From Bacillaceae bacterium (GTDB lineage Bacteria > Bacillota > Bacilli > Bacillales > Bacillaceae_L), in assembly GCA_041640535.1 (NCBI GenBank), contig JBEQAC010000001.1, positions 17,083-81,082 of the forward strand: 64,000 bases of DNA, given 5' to 3'. Each line of letters starts with the position of its first letter. Positions within the stretch are counted from its first letter, which is position 1. Under the pieces are notes generated by a model that ran no database searches, had not been told where the DNA came from, and saw only the letters and a list, made by a program, of their open reading frames with translations. The position numbers were made by a program, and so were the translations under genes. Positions 50,563 through 60,747 of the stretch are shown piece by piece.

Positions 50563-50568
50563 TATAGA

Positions 50569-51297
50569 TTGATTTCCGTTATATCCTGCACGAAAAGAGT
50601 TAATTTTATTGAAAATATTATTTTTAATTATAAAAGACAATCCCTTCATTCTAGTGAGCTGATTATGATTCTGACAAATCCCTCCTTTGATTACTTGAAG
50701 GTTCGTAATCAATTAATAAAAGAAAATATATCATTTCAATTATATCAATTAGATAAAGACCAATCTCTAGGTGAATGCTTGAACTTTGGTGTTGAAAAAG
50801 CAAACGGAGAAGTGGTTGCAAAGTTTGATGACGATGATTATTATGGACCATCCTACCTAAAGGAGGCTTCTGATGTATTAAAGAATACGAATGCTGGGGT
50901 AGTAGGAAAGTCGTCGTTTTATGTTTATTTTAAAAATTGGAACAAACTATATTTATATAACCCCAAAAATGAAAATAAGTGGATCTTCAATCATAACACT
51001 GAAGAGCAGTTTAAAACGAAACATTTTTTAAGTGGCGGTTCCCTCGTGATTAGAAAAGAAGTGTTTGATAAGGTAATTTTTCCTCATCTTAATGTTGGAG
51101 AAGATTCAACTTTTCAAAAAGATTGTTTTAACAAGAAGATTAAATTGTATACAACCTCGAGGAATCATTATACTCATATTAGATACCCTTATCATGACCA
51201 CCACTCCTCTGATGTAAAGGACTTTCAACTCATAAGACGTAGCAAGCTTATTACGATTATAGAAGACTTTGAGAGAATTGTAGATACAAAAGAGTAG
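50569..51297 (+). CDS. Short GT2 glycosyltransferase
   Basis: ISVISCTKR, SLGECLNFG, AKFDDDDYY, VGED; paralogue of 39313. Confidence 0.88.
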   Translation: MISVISCTKRVNFIENIIFNYKRQSLHSSELIMILTNPSFDYLKVRNQLIKENISFQLYQLDKDQSLGECLNFGVEKANGEVVAKFDDDDYYGPSYLKEASDVLKNTNAGVVGKSSFYVYFKNWNKLYLYNPKNENKWIFNHNTEEQFKTKHFLSGGSLVIRKEVFDKVIFPHLNVGEDSTFQKDCFNKKIKLYTTSRNHYTHIRYPYHDHHSSDVKDFQLIRRSKLITIIEDFERIVDTKE

Positions 51298-51325
51298 GCT
51301 AACCTTTAAATTTTGGGTTAGCCTG
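51295..51325. terminator. Terminator ending the glycan cluster
   Basis: AGGCTAACC-tttaaattttg-GGTTAGCCT followed by GATTTT. Confidence 0.75.
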
Positions 51326-51331
51326 ATTTTA

Positions 51332-51691
51332 TTATTTATCTTTTATCAGTTCAACAGAAAAACTTTCAATATCTTTACAGCGAACAAAGGTTATTCTCTC
51401 ATGCATCATTGGAGTCGACATTTCAGGTTCAATTACCTTCACACAACAATCTTTTACCTCTTTTAATTTACCCTCAATAAAGTCTCCAGACTTCGTCTTA
51501 ATTAATACTTCTTCACCTACAAATTTTTCTAAAGCTTTACATAAGCAATCATCTTTGCATTTACAATCGTCTTTACCTTTATCTTTTACATCAACTTCAA
51601 CATCAACTTCAATTAGTAGCTTTTCATGTTTGTGTTTGTCTTTTAAGTCAACTTCAACTTTCTTTGGTTTATTGTTTCTATTTGAACCCAT
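51332..51691 (-). CDS. Small Cys/Lys/Asp-rich probable spore coat protein
   Basis: SD GGGAGG; CKCKDDCLC and KDCC; C-terminal G..V.I.T..G..GKL beta-barrel-like pattern; sigma-K-like -10 upstream. Confidence 0.65.
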   Translation of the reverse strand: MGSNRNNKPKKVEVDLKDKHKHEKLLIEVDVEVDVKDKGKDDCKCKDDCLCKALEKFVGEEVLIKTKSGDFIEGKLKEVKDCCVKVIEPEMSTPMMHERITFVRCKDIESFSVELIKDK

Positions 51692-51717
51692 TTTTTCCCT
51701 CCTCCCAATTTCATATC

Positions 51718-51754
51718 ATAATATGTTATTCAATTGTAGAATCGAAGTATGGGC
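51718..51754 (-). promoter_or_regulatory. Sigma-K-like -10 with adjacent GerE-like box
   Basis: CATATTAT on the minus strand (51718-51725); GTATGGGC (51747-51754) matches the GerE core RWWTRGGY. Confidence 0.5.
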
Positions 51755-51793
51755 AGAAATCTAGAGTGAAAGAAATATTTAAATAGTTTTAGC

Positions 51794-52867
<1,074 letters not shown>

Positions 52868-52902
52868 CTAATCACCTTCCCTTAACAACAATCATCTAAT
52901 TT

Positions 52903-52930
52903 AATGTATGGATAATCATCTATAAATGCC
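52903..52930 (-). promoter_or_regulatory. Sigma-K-like promoter of cotI
   Basis: GGCA-N16-CATACATT on the minus strand. Confidence 0.6.
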
Positions 52931-52954
52931 CTAGTCTATCGTCTAGTAATTGTA

Positions 52955-52966
52955 AAATAGGCAATT
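52955..52966 (+). promoter_or_regulatory. GerE box in the cotI/cotSA divergent region
   Basis: AAATAGGCAATT matches RWWTRGGY--YY at every defined position; CATAGGAT -10 at 53037-53044. Confidence 0.6.
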
Positions 52967-53084
52967 AAACTATGATATTTGCCCTTTTTTCTTTAACCCT
53001 AAGAATTAAAGCACAATGATGATAGACCAGTCGTATCATAGGATAAGGATAATTTCCTAGGTAGTTTATGAATGGAGGTCGAAT

Positions 53085-54215
53085 ATGAAGATTGCATTAA
53101 TAGGAACAGAAAAGTTACCTGTCCCAGCAATAAGAGGAGGAGCAATCCAAATTTATTTAGATGCTGTAGCTGCAATTATTGCTAAAAAGCATGATGTTAC
53201 AGTCATTTCGATTACAGATCCAGAATTACAGGATAGTGAAACGAGAAATGGAGTACGATATATCCGCTTTAAAGAGGATGTATATCTTCCATCTATTATT
53301 CAACATCTAAAAGAAGAAAACTATGATGTTGTACATTTATGTAACCGTCCGGCGTGGATTAATCCACTTAAAGAAGAGATAACAAAAACGAAATTTGTTT
53401 TAAGTGTTCATAATGAAATGTTTGATTATGACAAAATGAGTGATGAAGAAGGACATCAGTGCATATCAAGTGTCTCAAAGATTGTAACAGTTAGTGATTT
53501 TATTGGAAGGACCATTACAGATCGATTTAGAGATGCCAAATCAAAAGTAAAAACAGTTTATTCGGGAGTAGATTTAGAGAAATATCAACCGGCTTGGACT
53601 CAAGCGGGTAAACAGGCAAGAACAAGGGTCCGAAACGAGCTAAATATTCAAAATAAAAAAGTAGCTTTATTTGTTGGAAGACTCAGCAAAGTGAAAGGTC
53701 CTCATCTCCTTCTACAGGCACTACCTCAAATCATAGAAAAACATCCAGACTATATGATGGTCTTTATTGGTTCAAAGTGGTTTGGTGATGATAATTTAAA
53801 CAATTATGTTAAACATTTATATACGCTTGGGGCTATGTTTCAGGACAATGTTACATTTATCAAATTTGTTAAACCTGCTGATATTCCTAACCTCTATGCA
53901 ATGTCAGACTTATTTGTATGCTCATCACAGTGGCAAGAACCACTTGCTCGTGTTCATTATGAGGCCATGGCTGCAGGATTACCAATCATAACGAGCAACC
54001 GTGGGGGAAATCCAGAAGTAATTGAAGAAGGAAAAAATGGGCATGTCATTCGGGATTTTGAAAATCCTGATGCTTATGCAGCGATGATTAATTCATTACT
54101 TAGTGACTCAAGTAAGCTTGAAAGAATGGGGAAATACGGCAGAAGAAAAGTAGAAAGTGAGTTTGGTTGGGACCGAGTTGCTTCCAATTTACTTCAAGTC
54201 TATGAAGAAATTTAA
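53085..54215 (+). CDS. cotSA: Spore coat GT4 protein CotSA
   Basis: TEKLPVPAIRGGAIQ, LSVHNEMF, FVGRLSKVKG, SSQWQEPLARVHYEAMAAG; directly upstream of cotS. Confidence 0.88.
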   Translation: MKIALIGTEKLPVPAIRGGAIQIYLDAVAAIIAKKHDVTVISITDPELQDSETRNGVRYIRFKEDVYLPSIIQHLKEENYDVVHLCNRPAWINPLKEEITKTKFVLSVHNEMFDYDKMSDEEGHQCISSVSKIVTVSDFIGRTITDRFRDAKSKVKTVYSGVDLEKYQPAWTQAGKQARTRVRNELNIQNKKVALFVGRLSKVKGPHLLLQALPQIIEKHPDYMMVFIGSKWFGDDNLNNYVKHLYTLGAMFQDNVTFIKFVKPADIPNLYAMSDLFVCSSQWQEPLARVHYEAMAAGLPIITSNRGGNPEVIEEGKNGHVIRDFENPDAYAAMINSLLSDSSKLERMGKYGRRKVESEFGWDRVASNLLQVYEEI

Positions 54216-54240
54216 CAACGATAAGAAAGGGTGAGAGGGA

Positions 54241-55305
54241 TTGGATGAAAACAGAACATATGATCAAGAATACTTGTTAAAAATCTTGCAATTCTATCCA
54301 TTTGAATTAGGAGAAGTAAAGCTCGTTTCTAGTCGGAGTGGGCGAACGACATGGGAATTTGAAACGGAGCAAGGGATCAAGGTATTAAAACAAGCAGATA
54401 TGAAGCCTCATAGAATGCTATTTATCGCAGGAGCACATGCTCATCTGTTAAACAAGGGGATACCAATCACACCAATTCACGCAACAAAAAATGGTGCTGT
54501 TTGTATTGGTGTAGGAGAGCTTGCTTATGTTGTCTACGATAAAATCGAAGGAAATGAGATGACCTATTATAATAAAGACCAAATGACAAAAACCTTTGAA
54601 TTTGCTGGGAAGTTTCATACAGCTTCTGAAGGATATCAACGTGCTGACAACAGCCATAAACGAGGTAGGGTTGGAAAATGGCATAAATTATATAGATGGA
54701 AGCTGCAAGAGCTGGAAGGGAACAAGCAAATTGCATTATCGTATCCACATGATCCATTTTCAGCGTTGTTCTTGCAATATGTGGATAAAATGCTAGAACG
54801 CGGAAGAAATGCATTAAAAGCTTTAGATGAGCCAGAGTATGAGCAATGGTCTATAGAAACCATTGATGTAAAGAGTTTTTGTCAACAAGATTTTACACTA
54901 GCCCGTTTTACGGAAATCGATGGTGCACCATTTATGAAGGAATTACATTCGATTACGAATGACCTTCCATCTAGAGATCTGCGAATCCTTTTAAATAAAG
55001 TCATGAAAAAACTTTCTGTATGGGATGATGAATTAGCAATGGAGTATTTAAGTGCGTATGATTCTGTACACCCATTAACGAAAGATCAATATAAGGTCTT
55101 ATGGACAGATTTGGCTTTTCCACATGTATTTTGTTCAATTATTCATAAATACTATTTAAGCCAAAAACGTTCTTGGTCTGATGAAAAATATATTTGGGCG
55201 TTACAAAATATTATTGCAGTAGAAGATTCAAAGGACGAATTCTTACAGCGTTTCCCCGAAATTTATCAAGAAATTAAAAACAAGAGTGGGGTGAGAACGA
55301 AGTGA
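54241..55305 (+). CDS. cotS: Spore coat protein CotS (kinase-like, degenerate)
   Basis: MLFIAGAH.HL, FH.AS.GY, W...YRWKLQEL, FCQQDFTLAR, DLPSRDLR, DLAFPH. Confidence 0.85.
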   Translation: MDENRTYDQEYLLKILQFYPFELGEVKLVSSRSGRTTWEFETEQGIKVLKQADMKPHRMLFIAGAHAHLLNKGIPITPIHATKNGAVCIGVGELAYVVYDKIEGNEMTYYNKDQMTKTFEFAGKFHTASEGYQRADNSHKRGRVGKWHKLYRWKLQELEGNKQIALSYPHDPFSALFLQYVDKMLERGRNALKALDEPEYEQWSIETIDVKSFCQQDFTLARFTEIDGAPFMKELHSITNDLPSRDLRILLNKVMKKLSVWDDELAMEYLSAYDSVHPLTKDQYKVLWTDLAFPHVFCSIIHKYYLSQKRSWSDEKYIWALQNIIAVEDSKDEFLQRFPEIYQEIKNKSGVRTK

Positions 55306-55940
55306 GTGATAAGAATAAAGGTGAGAAAATGAAAATACCTAAGCTCGAATTAGAAAGCTTTTCTTTTTCACCTCCCGGACCAATGGGATGGAGTTTTGCT
55401 GAATATCAAAAAATTCTAGATGACCTTGATGGAATTGTCTTAGACGAGTCATCAGTTAAAAATCAATTATCTTCACTCGAGGGCAAGGAAATAATTGAAT
55501 TATCCATGAAGGGAGATTTTGTACCGAGTTCAATTCAAATAAACACTGGTAACTACAAAAAGAAGATAGAAGAAGATGAAGAAAATCAAAAGGAATTGAA
55601 TGTTTGGGAAGAAAAGGATGAAACAGATAAAAACAAAAAAGCAATTGATGATGATGACGATGATATCGATGATATCGATGATGAAAAAGACGATGATATA
55701 GATGAATTCGAACATCTTGAAGATGAAAAAGAAAGAGAAAAAGAGAAAAAGAGAAACAAAGTAAAAATTATCGTATCAGAGAATTCGGTAAAATCCCCGT
55801 GGATGTCTACAAAGCTTAATGATAAGAGTCAGAAAAAATATGAGAAGGAAAAAGAAAAAGAAAAAAAGAAAAAAAAAAGCGAAGAAAAAAGAAAAGAGGC
55901 TAAAAAGAAGAGCAAGACGAAAAGAAAAAAGAAAAAATAG
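55302..55940 (+). CDS. Low-complexity charged protein in the ytxO position
   Basis: Start overlaps the cotS stop; SD GGGGTGA; Asp/Glu-rich middle and Lys-rich C-terminus. Confidence 0.7.
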   Translation: MSDKNKGEKMKIPKLELESFSFSPPGPMGWSFAEYQKILDDLDGIVLDESSVKNQLSSLEGKEIIELSMKGDFVPSSIQINTGNYKKKIEEDEENQKELNVWEEKDETDKNKKAIDDDDDDIDDIDDEKDDDIDEFEHLEDEKEREKEKKRNKVKIIVSENSVKSPWMSTKLNDKSQKKYEKEKEKEKKKKKSEEKRKEAKKKSKTKRKKKK

Positions 55941-55966
55941 ATTTGAGTAATGATAAAAGAAATCAG

Positions 55967-55994
55967 CGCAATTTATAGGTAGACTGCATATTCT
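55967..55994 (+). promoter_or_regulatory. Sigma-K-like promoter
   Basis: CGCA-N16-CATATTCT. Confidence 0.6.
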
Positions 55995-56038
55995 ATGGAG
56001 AGTGATTCATAAAAATATAGATTTAGGAGTGAATTAAC

Positions 56039-56251
56039 ATGGGAGAGGTAAGAAAAGCAAAACTAAAATGTGAATACACAAATGGTTTTTCTTTGTCGCC
56101 AAATTTATCAGCAGAAGAGGCCATTAAGGCTGTGATCAAGTCCATTCGTCAAGGTGATGCTGTTGTAAAATTAGCGGTTGAATACATGGATAATACGGAA
56201 GCGGACTTTGAAGTTGGAGAAGAAGAAGAAGAAGAAGAAGAAGAAGACTAA
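56039..56251 (+). CDS. Small protein with a poly-Glu tail
   Basis: SD AGGAGTGA 6 nt before the ATG; own sigma-K-like promoter. Confidence 0.75.
   Translation: MGEVRKAKLKCEYTNGFSLSPNLSAEEAIKAVIKSIRQGDAVVKLAVEYMDNTEADFEVGEEEEEEEEED
56219..56245 (+). repeat. (GAA)9 microsatellite
   Basis: Nine perfect GAA units encoding E9. Confidence 0.95.
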
Positions 56252-56277
56252 ATTAGAACATTAAATCAATATTTACA

Positions 56278-56325
56278 GAATAGAAAGAGAATGATTCAAC
56301 ATCATGAATCATTCTCTTTCTATTC
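56278..56325. terminator. Perfect 21-bp-arm inverted repeat between convergent genes
   Basis: GAATAGAAAGAGAATGATTCA-acatca-TGAATCATTCTCTTTCTATTC. Confidence 0.75.
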
Positions 56326-56336
56326 ATTCAGTTTCT

Positions 56337-57497
56337 TTATTCTACTACATTTACGCTATTTTGATGAAAAGCCTCTAGATAGACATCTTCAAGCCGTTTG
56401 GCTACATGTTCAAATTCAAAATTTTGTTCTACAAAACTACGGGCATTTTGAGCCATCCAGTTCGCATATTCTGGATGTGCTAATAAAAATTGAATTCGTT
56501 TAACAAAAGACATGTGTCGATCATAGTTATCTACTAAAATCCCGTTGTCTTCATCAATTAATATTTCTTTATTGCCACCACGATTTGTTGTGATTAGCGG
56601 AACCCCTGCTGCCATTGCCTCATAATGAACACGTGCTAAAGGTTCATTCCATTGGGAACTACAAACAAAAATATCAGCCATTAGGAAGATATTAGGTATT
56701 TCTTCTGGGGGGATAAATTTTGTAAAGATGACATGGTTTTTTAGGGGCTTTGCTAACTCATATAAATAACGTACATATCGATTTGGTCGATTATCGCTAA
56801 ACCATTTCCCCCCCGTGATGACTAAGACAGCATCTTTATGTTCTTTAATAATATGCTCCATCGCTTTAATCAATAGGTGAGGTCCTTTTGTTTTACTTAA
56901 TCTCCCAACAAATAAGATGACTTTTTTATTAGTAATGTTATATTTTCTTCTGTATTTTTTGCGGATGTTTTGTCCTTCTTCGGACCAAATCGGAGGATAG
57001 CTATTTAAATCTACACCAGAGTAAACAACATGGATTTTTTCTTCTGCTTCAGGAAACCTAGCTACAATTCCTTCTTTTATATAGTTACTTACCGTTGTTA
57101 TTTTGGTTGATGATTGTACAGCTTTTTTACCATCTTCTTCTGAAATTTTATGATCTGAAAACATTTCATTATGAAGACTAAGGACAATCTCACTATGGGG
57201 TGATGCTTGTTTATAAAATGGAACATTTTTTGGGCGATTAAACACATGGATCACATCAAACTGATGGTTTTCCAATTCTTTTTGGACACTTTCACGATAA
57301 GTTTCCCGTGGAAAGCGAATATAATCTACATTCTCCCTTGTTTCCCGATCAGGTAATCCTCCATCGAGGATCGAGAACACCGTTAATTGATGATTTTTAC
57401 TTAAAAAAGGTGCAACTCCATCGATCATCATTTGGATGGCCCCGCCTTTCACGGCGGGGGAAGGGAGTTTTTCTGTACAAATATAAGCTAAATTCAT
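56337..57497 (-). CDS. ytcC: GT4 glycosyltransferase YtcC (CotSA paralogue)
   Basis: TEKLPSPAVKGGAIQ, SLHNEMF, SSQWNEPLARVHYEAMAAG; third gene of a ytcABC-like operon. Confidence 0.85.
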   Translation of the reverse strand: MNLAYICTEKLPSPAVKGGAIQMMIDGVAPFLSKNHQLTVFSILDGGLPDRETRENVDYIRFPRETYRESVQKELENHQFDVIHVFNRPKNVPFYKQASPHSEIVLSLHNEMFSDHKISEEDGKKAVQSSTKITTVSNYIKEGIVARFPEAEEKIHVVYSGVDLNSYPPIWSEEGQNIRKKYRRKYNITNKKVILFVGRLSKTKGPHLLIKAMEHIIKEHKDAVLVITGGKWFSDNRPNRYVRYLYELAKPLKNHVIFTKFIPPEEIPNIFLMADIFVCSSQWNEPLARVHYEAMAAGVPLITTNRGGNKEILIDEDNGILVDNYDRHMSFVKRIQFLLAHPEYANWMAQNARSFVEQNFEFEHVAKRLEDVYLEAFHQNSVNVVE

Positions 57498-58450
57498 GAT
57501 GTCCCTCCTTTATAAATATTTGAAAAGTACTGATATTCATTCATCAAGCCTTGTTTTAGTGTAGTGGTTGGTTCATAGTTTAAGAGTTTTTTTGCTTTTG
57601 AAATATCTGCCCAAGTATGCTTGGGTTCACCTTTAAGAGAAGGGAAAAAGTGTGTTTTTACTTTTTTATTTGTGATTTCTTCAAGTAATGAAATAATATC
57701 AAGTACTGATGCTCGTTCTTTCCCACCAATGTTAATAACTTCACCAATAACGTCATTAGTGTTTAAAACAGAATAAGTTCCTTCAACACAATCTTTAATA
57801 TACGTAAAGTCACGGGTCTGTTTACCATCTCCAAAAATGGTAATCGGCTCATCCTTCATGATTTGCTTAATAAAGCGATGAAAAGCCATATCGGGGCGTT
57901 GCCTAGGTCCGTAGACAGTGAAATATCTTAAAATTGTAATCGGGATTCCATAGCTTTCTTTATATATATGACATAAATGTTCACCTGTTAATTTTGTAGC
58001 ACCATATGGTGAGAGTGGAGAAGGTATCATATTTTCTGATACCTGTCCTGATTTCTCTCCATAAACAGATGAGGTGGAGGCGTAAATAAATTTCTTTAGT
58101 TTTTTATTTTTACATGCTTCTAATAGCATTTGTGTGGTTGAAATATTATTTTTAACATAGGGTTCAAAGTCTTTACCCCAGCTTGAACGAACACCTGGAA
58201 TGGCAGCTAGATGGTAGATCACGTCAACATCTTTCAAGAGCTTTTCTAGATTTGTATCGGATAAGTCTTGTTTAAAGAGAGTGAATCTTCTGTTCTTGGT
58301 GAGTAGATTCATATTATTGTTTTTTAAATAACTAGGTGTTGGACCGATAAAATCATCAATCCCGATTACTTCATTTTCTGTATCTTCTAGTAGTCTTTCA
58401 CAAAGGTGTGAACCAATAAAGCCGGCTGCACCTGTCACAACGATTTTCAT
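57494..58450 (-). CDS. ytcB: UDP-glucuronate 4-epimerase-like SDR
   Basis: GAAGFIG, HLAA.PGVR, ASTSSVYG, YGATK, RYFTVYGPRQRPDMA. Confidence 0.85.
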   Translation of the reverse strand: MKIVVTGAAGFIGSHLCERLLEDTENEVIGIDDFIGPTPSYLKNNNMNLLTKNRRFTLFKQDLSDTNLEKLLKDVDVIYHLAAIPGVRSSWGKDFEPYVKNNISTTQMLLEACKNKKLKKFIYASTSSVYGEKSGQVSENMIPSPLSPYGATKLTGEHLCHIYKESYGIPITILRYFTVYGPRQRPDMAFHRFIKQIMKDEPITIFGDGKQTRDFTYIKDCVEGTYSVLNTNDVIGEVINIGGKERASVLDIISLLEEITNKKVKTHFFPSLKGEPKHTWADISKAKKLLNYEPTTTLKQGLMNEYQYFSNIYKGGTS

Positions 58451-59733
58451 CCTCTACCAACTCCTAAATAGTAAAAACCCATCTTTTCTAAATTTTCTTT
58501 ATTTAAGCAATTTCGACCATCTACGATGATATTTCCACTCATGAGTCCCTTGACTTTTTGCCAATCTATGGTGGAAAATTCTGTCCACTCTGTCGCAATA
58601 AATAAACAATGTGCATCCTTTATGACTGAATCAAGGTCTTTTCCCTGAATAACATGGCCAAGGTTGCCTTTAGGAAGAAAAGCAATTGGATCATACGCAT
58701 GTATCTCGCACCCTATTTTTGCAAGTTCTTCGATCACTTCAATGGCTTTAGAATATCGTATATCATCAGTATCAGGTTTAAATGAAATGCCAAGTACGGC
58801 GATTTTTTGGGCTGAAAGCTCTGGAACCAACTTAATTAGCTTTGAGATATATTCCTTCACTTGTGTCCGATTTATATCTTGAATGGCTTCTAAAATCGGT
58901 GTTTGCACCTTTTTTTTCTGTGCCGTATGGTGTAAGGAGCTAACGTCTTTAGGAAAACAAGATCCACCGTATCCTAGACCTGCACGTAGAAATTGACTTC
59001 CAATTCTAGGATCAGTGCCAATTCCTTTAGCTACATCCATAACATCAACATCATATGCTTCACATAGTCGTGCTATTTCATTAATAAACGATATCTTCAT
59101 TGCTAAAAAAGCATTAGACGCATACTTAGTTAATTCGGCCCCAGTTAAGGTTGTAATAATGAATGGTGCCTCTAACCCTTGATAGAGCTTTTTCATAATA
59201 TCAATCGATTTTTTGTCTGACGGTTTGATTCCAATTAATGTTTTATCAGGAAAAAGCATATCCTTTACTGCCGTTCCTTCCCTTAAAAACTCAGGATTTG
59301 AAACAACATTGAATAGGGAAGGTTTTATTTTTGTACTTAACATGGAATCAATCATTTCATTTGTACCAGGCGGAACTGTACTTTTTGTAATAATGGTTTT
59401 ATACGATTCAATGGAAGAAGCGAGATCTTCGATGACTGAGTAAATATACGTTAAATTTGTACTCCCATCAGGTAAGGACGGTGTACCTACCGCAATCATA
59501 ATAATTGATGATTCTTTGATTGCTTTTTCGATGTCAATACTAAACGAGAGACGTTCAGCATTTTTATTCAGCAATTCAGACAAACCTGGTTCATAAATAG
59601 GAATGAGACCAGAATTAAGTTGATTTATTTTCGTTTCATCCTTATCTACACAGATAACTTCATGTCCTAATTCCGCAATGACAGCAGATGAAGTTAGCCC
59701 TACATATCCTGCTCCAATGACGCATACCTTCAT
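58447..59733 (-). CDS. ytcA: UDP-glucose 6-dehydrogenase
   Basis: GAGYVG, KSTVPPG, NPEFLREG, DPRIG, GYGGSCFPKD, FKPDTDD.R. Confidence 0.9.
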   Translation of the reverse strand: MKVCVIGAGYVGLTSSAVIAELGHEVICVDKDETKINQLNSGLIPIYEPGLSELLNKNAERLSFSIDIEKAIKESSIIMIAVGTPSLPDGSTNLTYIYSVIEDLASSIESYKTIITKSTVPPGTNEMIDSMLSTKIKPSLFNVVSNPEFLREGTAVKDMLFPDKTLIGIKPSDKKSIDIMKKLYQGLEAPFIITTLTGAELTKYASNAFLAMKISFINEIARLCEAYDVDVMDVAKGIGTDPRIGSQFLRAGLGYGGSCFPKDVSSLHHTAQKKKVQTPILEAIQDINRTQVKEYISKLIKLVPELSAQKIAVLGISFKPDTDDIRYSKAIEVIEELAKIGCEIHAYDPIAFLPKGNLGHVIQGKDLDSVIKDAHCLFIATEWTEFSTIDWQKVKGLMSGNIIVDGRNCLNKENLEKMGFYYLGVGRG

Positions 59734-59804
59734 ACCTGTGCTCCTCTCAGACTAATAATACTCTAATATCTTATTAATCCAACGCTCGTTATCGGAACTC
59801 GTCC

Positions 59805-59816
59805 ATATGCCCATTT
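59805..59816 (-). promoter_or_regulatory. GerE-like box between ytcA and ytdA
   Basis: AAATGGGCATAT on the minus strand, one mismatch to RWWTRGGY--YY. Confidence 0.45.
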
Positions 59817-59924
59817 TATAGGTTTTTGTCATAGAGTAGTTATTTGACTTTTTTTCGTAAAAAGCCTTCCAAAATCGTAAATTTTGAATAAATTAGAATA
59901 AATGGGTAAGAAAGGGCGATCACG

Positions 59925-60731
59925 GTGATAAAAAAAGCGATAATACCTGCAGCTGGATATGGAACAAGAGGTCTTCCGATTACAAAAGTATTACCGAAAG
60001 AAATGTTTCCGATAGGAGTGAAGCCAGCGATACATTATGTCGTTGAAGAGGCAATTGAATCAGGCATCGAGGAGATCTTAATGATTGTTTCCAGAAAAAA
60101 GAATATGATTATTGATTATTTTGATCATTCGTTAGAATTAGAAGCATTTCTAGAAAAAGAAAATAAAAGTCATTTATTAGAAAAACATAAGATTCCAAAT
60201 GTCCAAATTCATTACTTACGTCAGCCATATGCAAAAGGTCTTGGAGATGCAATTCGAATGGGAAAGGTTTTTATCGGTGATGAACCATTTGCAATACTTC
60301 TACCAGATGATCTGATAATTCATGAATCAAAACCTGGCTTAAAACAACTAATTCAAGAATTTGAGCGAACAAGCAAGAGCGTGATAGGCTTAAATACAGT
60401 CGCTGATGACCAGTTAAAAGACTATGGTGTGATTAAAGGGAAGGAGGTTGAACCTAAGTTTTTTGAACTCGAAAACATTGTAGAAAAACCAAAGAATGAC
60501 CCCCCATCAAATCATGCAGTAATTGGTCGATATGTCTTTACTCCTGCAATTTTTTCATACTTAGAAAGACAAAAACCAAGTGTAGGTGGAGAAGTTCAAC
60601 TGACGGATTCAATCATGGAGCTTATCGTAAATGAAACCTGCTTCGGTAAAGTCATTGAAGGGAATCGGTATGACATTGGGAAGACGAGGGATTATATTGA
60701 ACTTGTGAATAGAATGAATCCGATAGATTAA
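59925..60731 (+). CDS. ytdA: UTP-glucose-1-phosphate uridylyltransferase (YtdA/GalU-like)
   Basis: IPAAGYGTR.LP.TK..PKEM, KGLGDA, LPDD, VEKP, GEVQLTD; divergent from ytcA. Confidence 0.88.
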   Translation: MIKKAIIPAAGYGTRGLPITKVLPKEMFPIGVKPAIHYVVEEAIESGIEEILMIVSRKKNMIIDYFDHSLELEAFLEKENKSHLLEKHKIPNVQIHYLRQPYAKGLGDAIRMGKVFIGDEPFAILLPDDLIIHESKPGLKQLIQEFERTSKSVIGLNTVADDQLKDYGVIKGKEVEPKFFELENIVEKPKNDPPSNHAVIGRYVFTPAIFSYLERQKPSVGGEVQLTDSIMELIVNETCFGKVIEGNRYDIGKTRDYIELVNRMNPID

Positions 60732-60747
60732 CCTTGGGGTGATAACA

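Noticed and set aside
24851-51297. Capsule/EPS (Wzy or ABC) locus
   Set aside because: No flippase, polymerase, exporter, chain-length regulator or priming phosphoglycosyltransferase; flanking genes are spore-coat genes.
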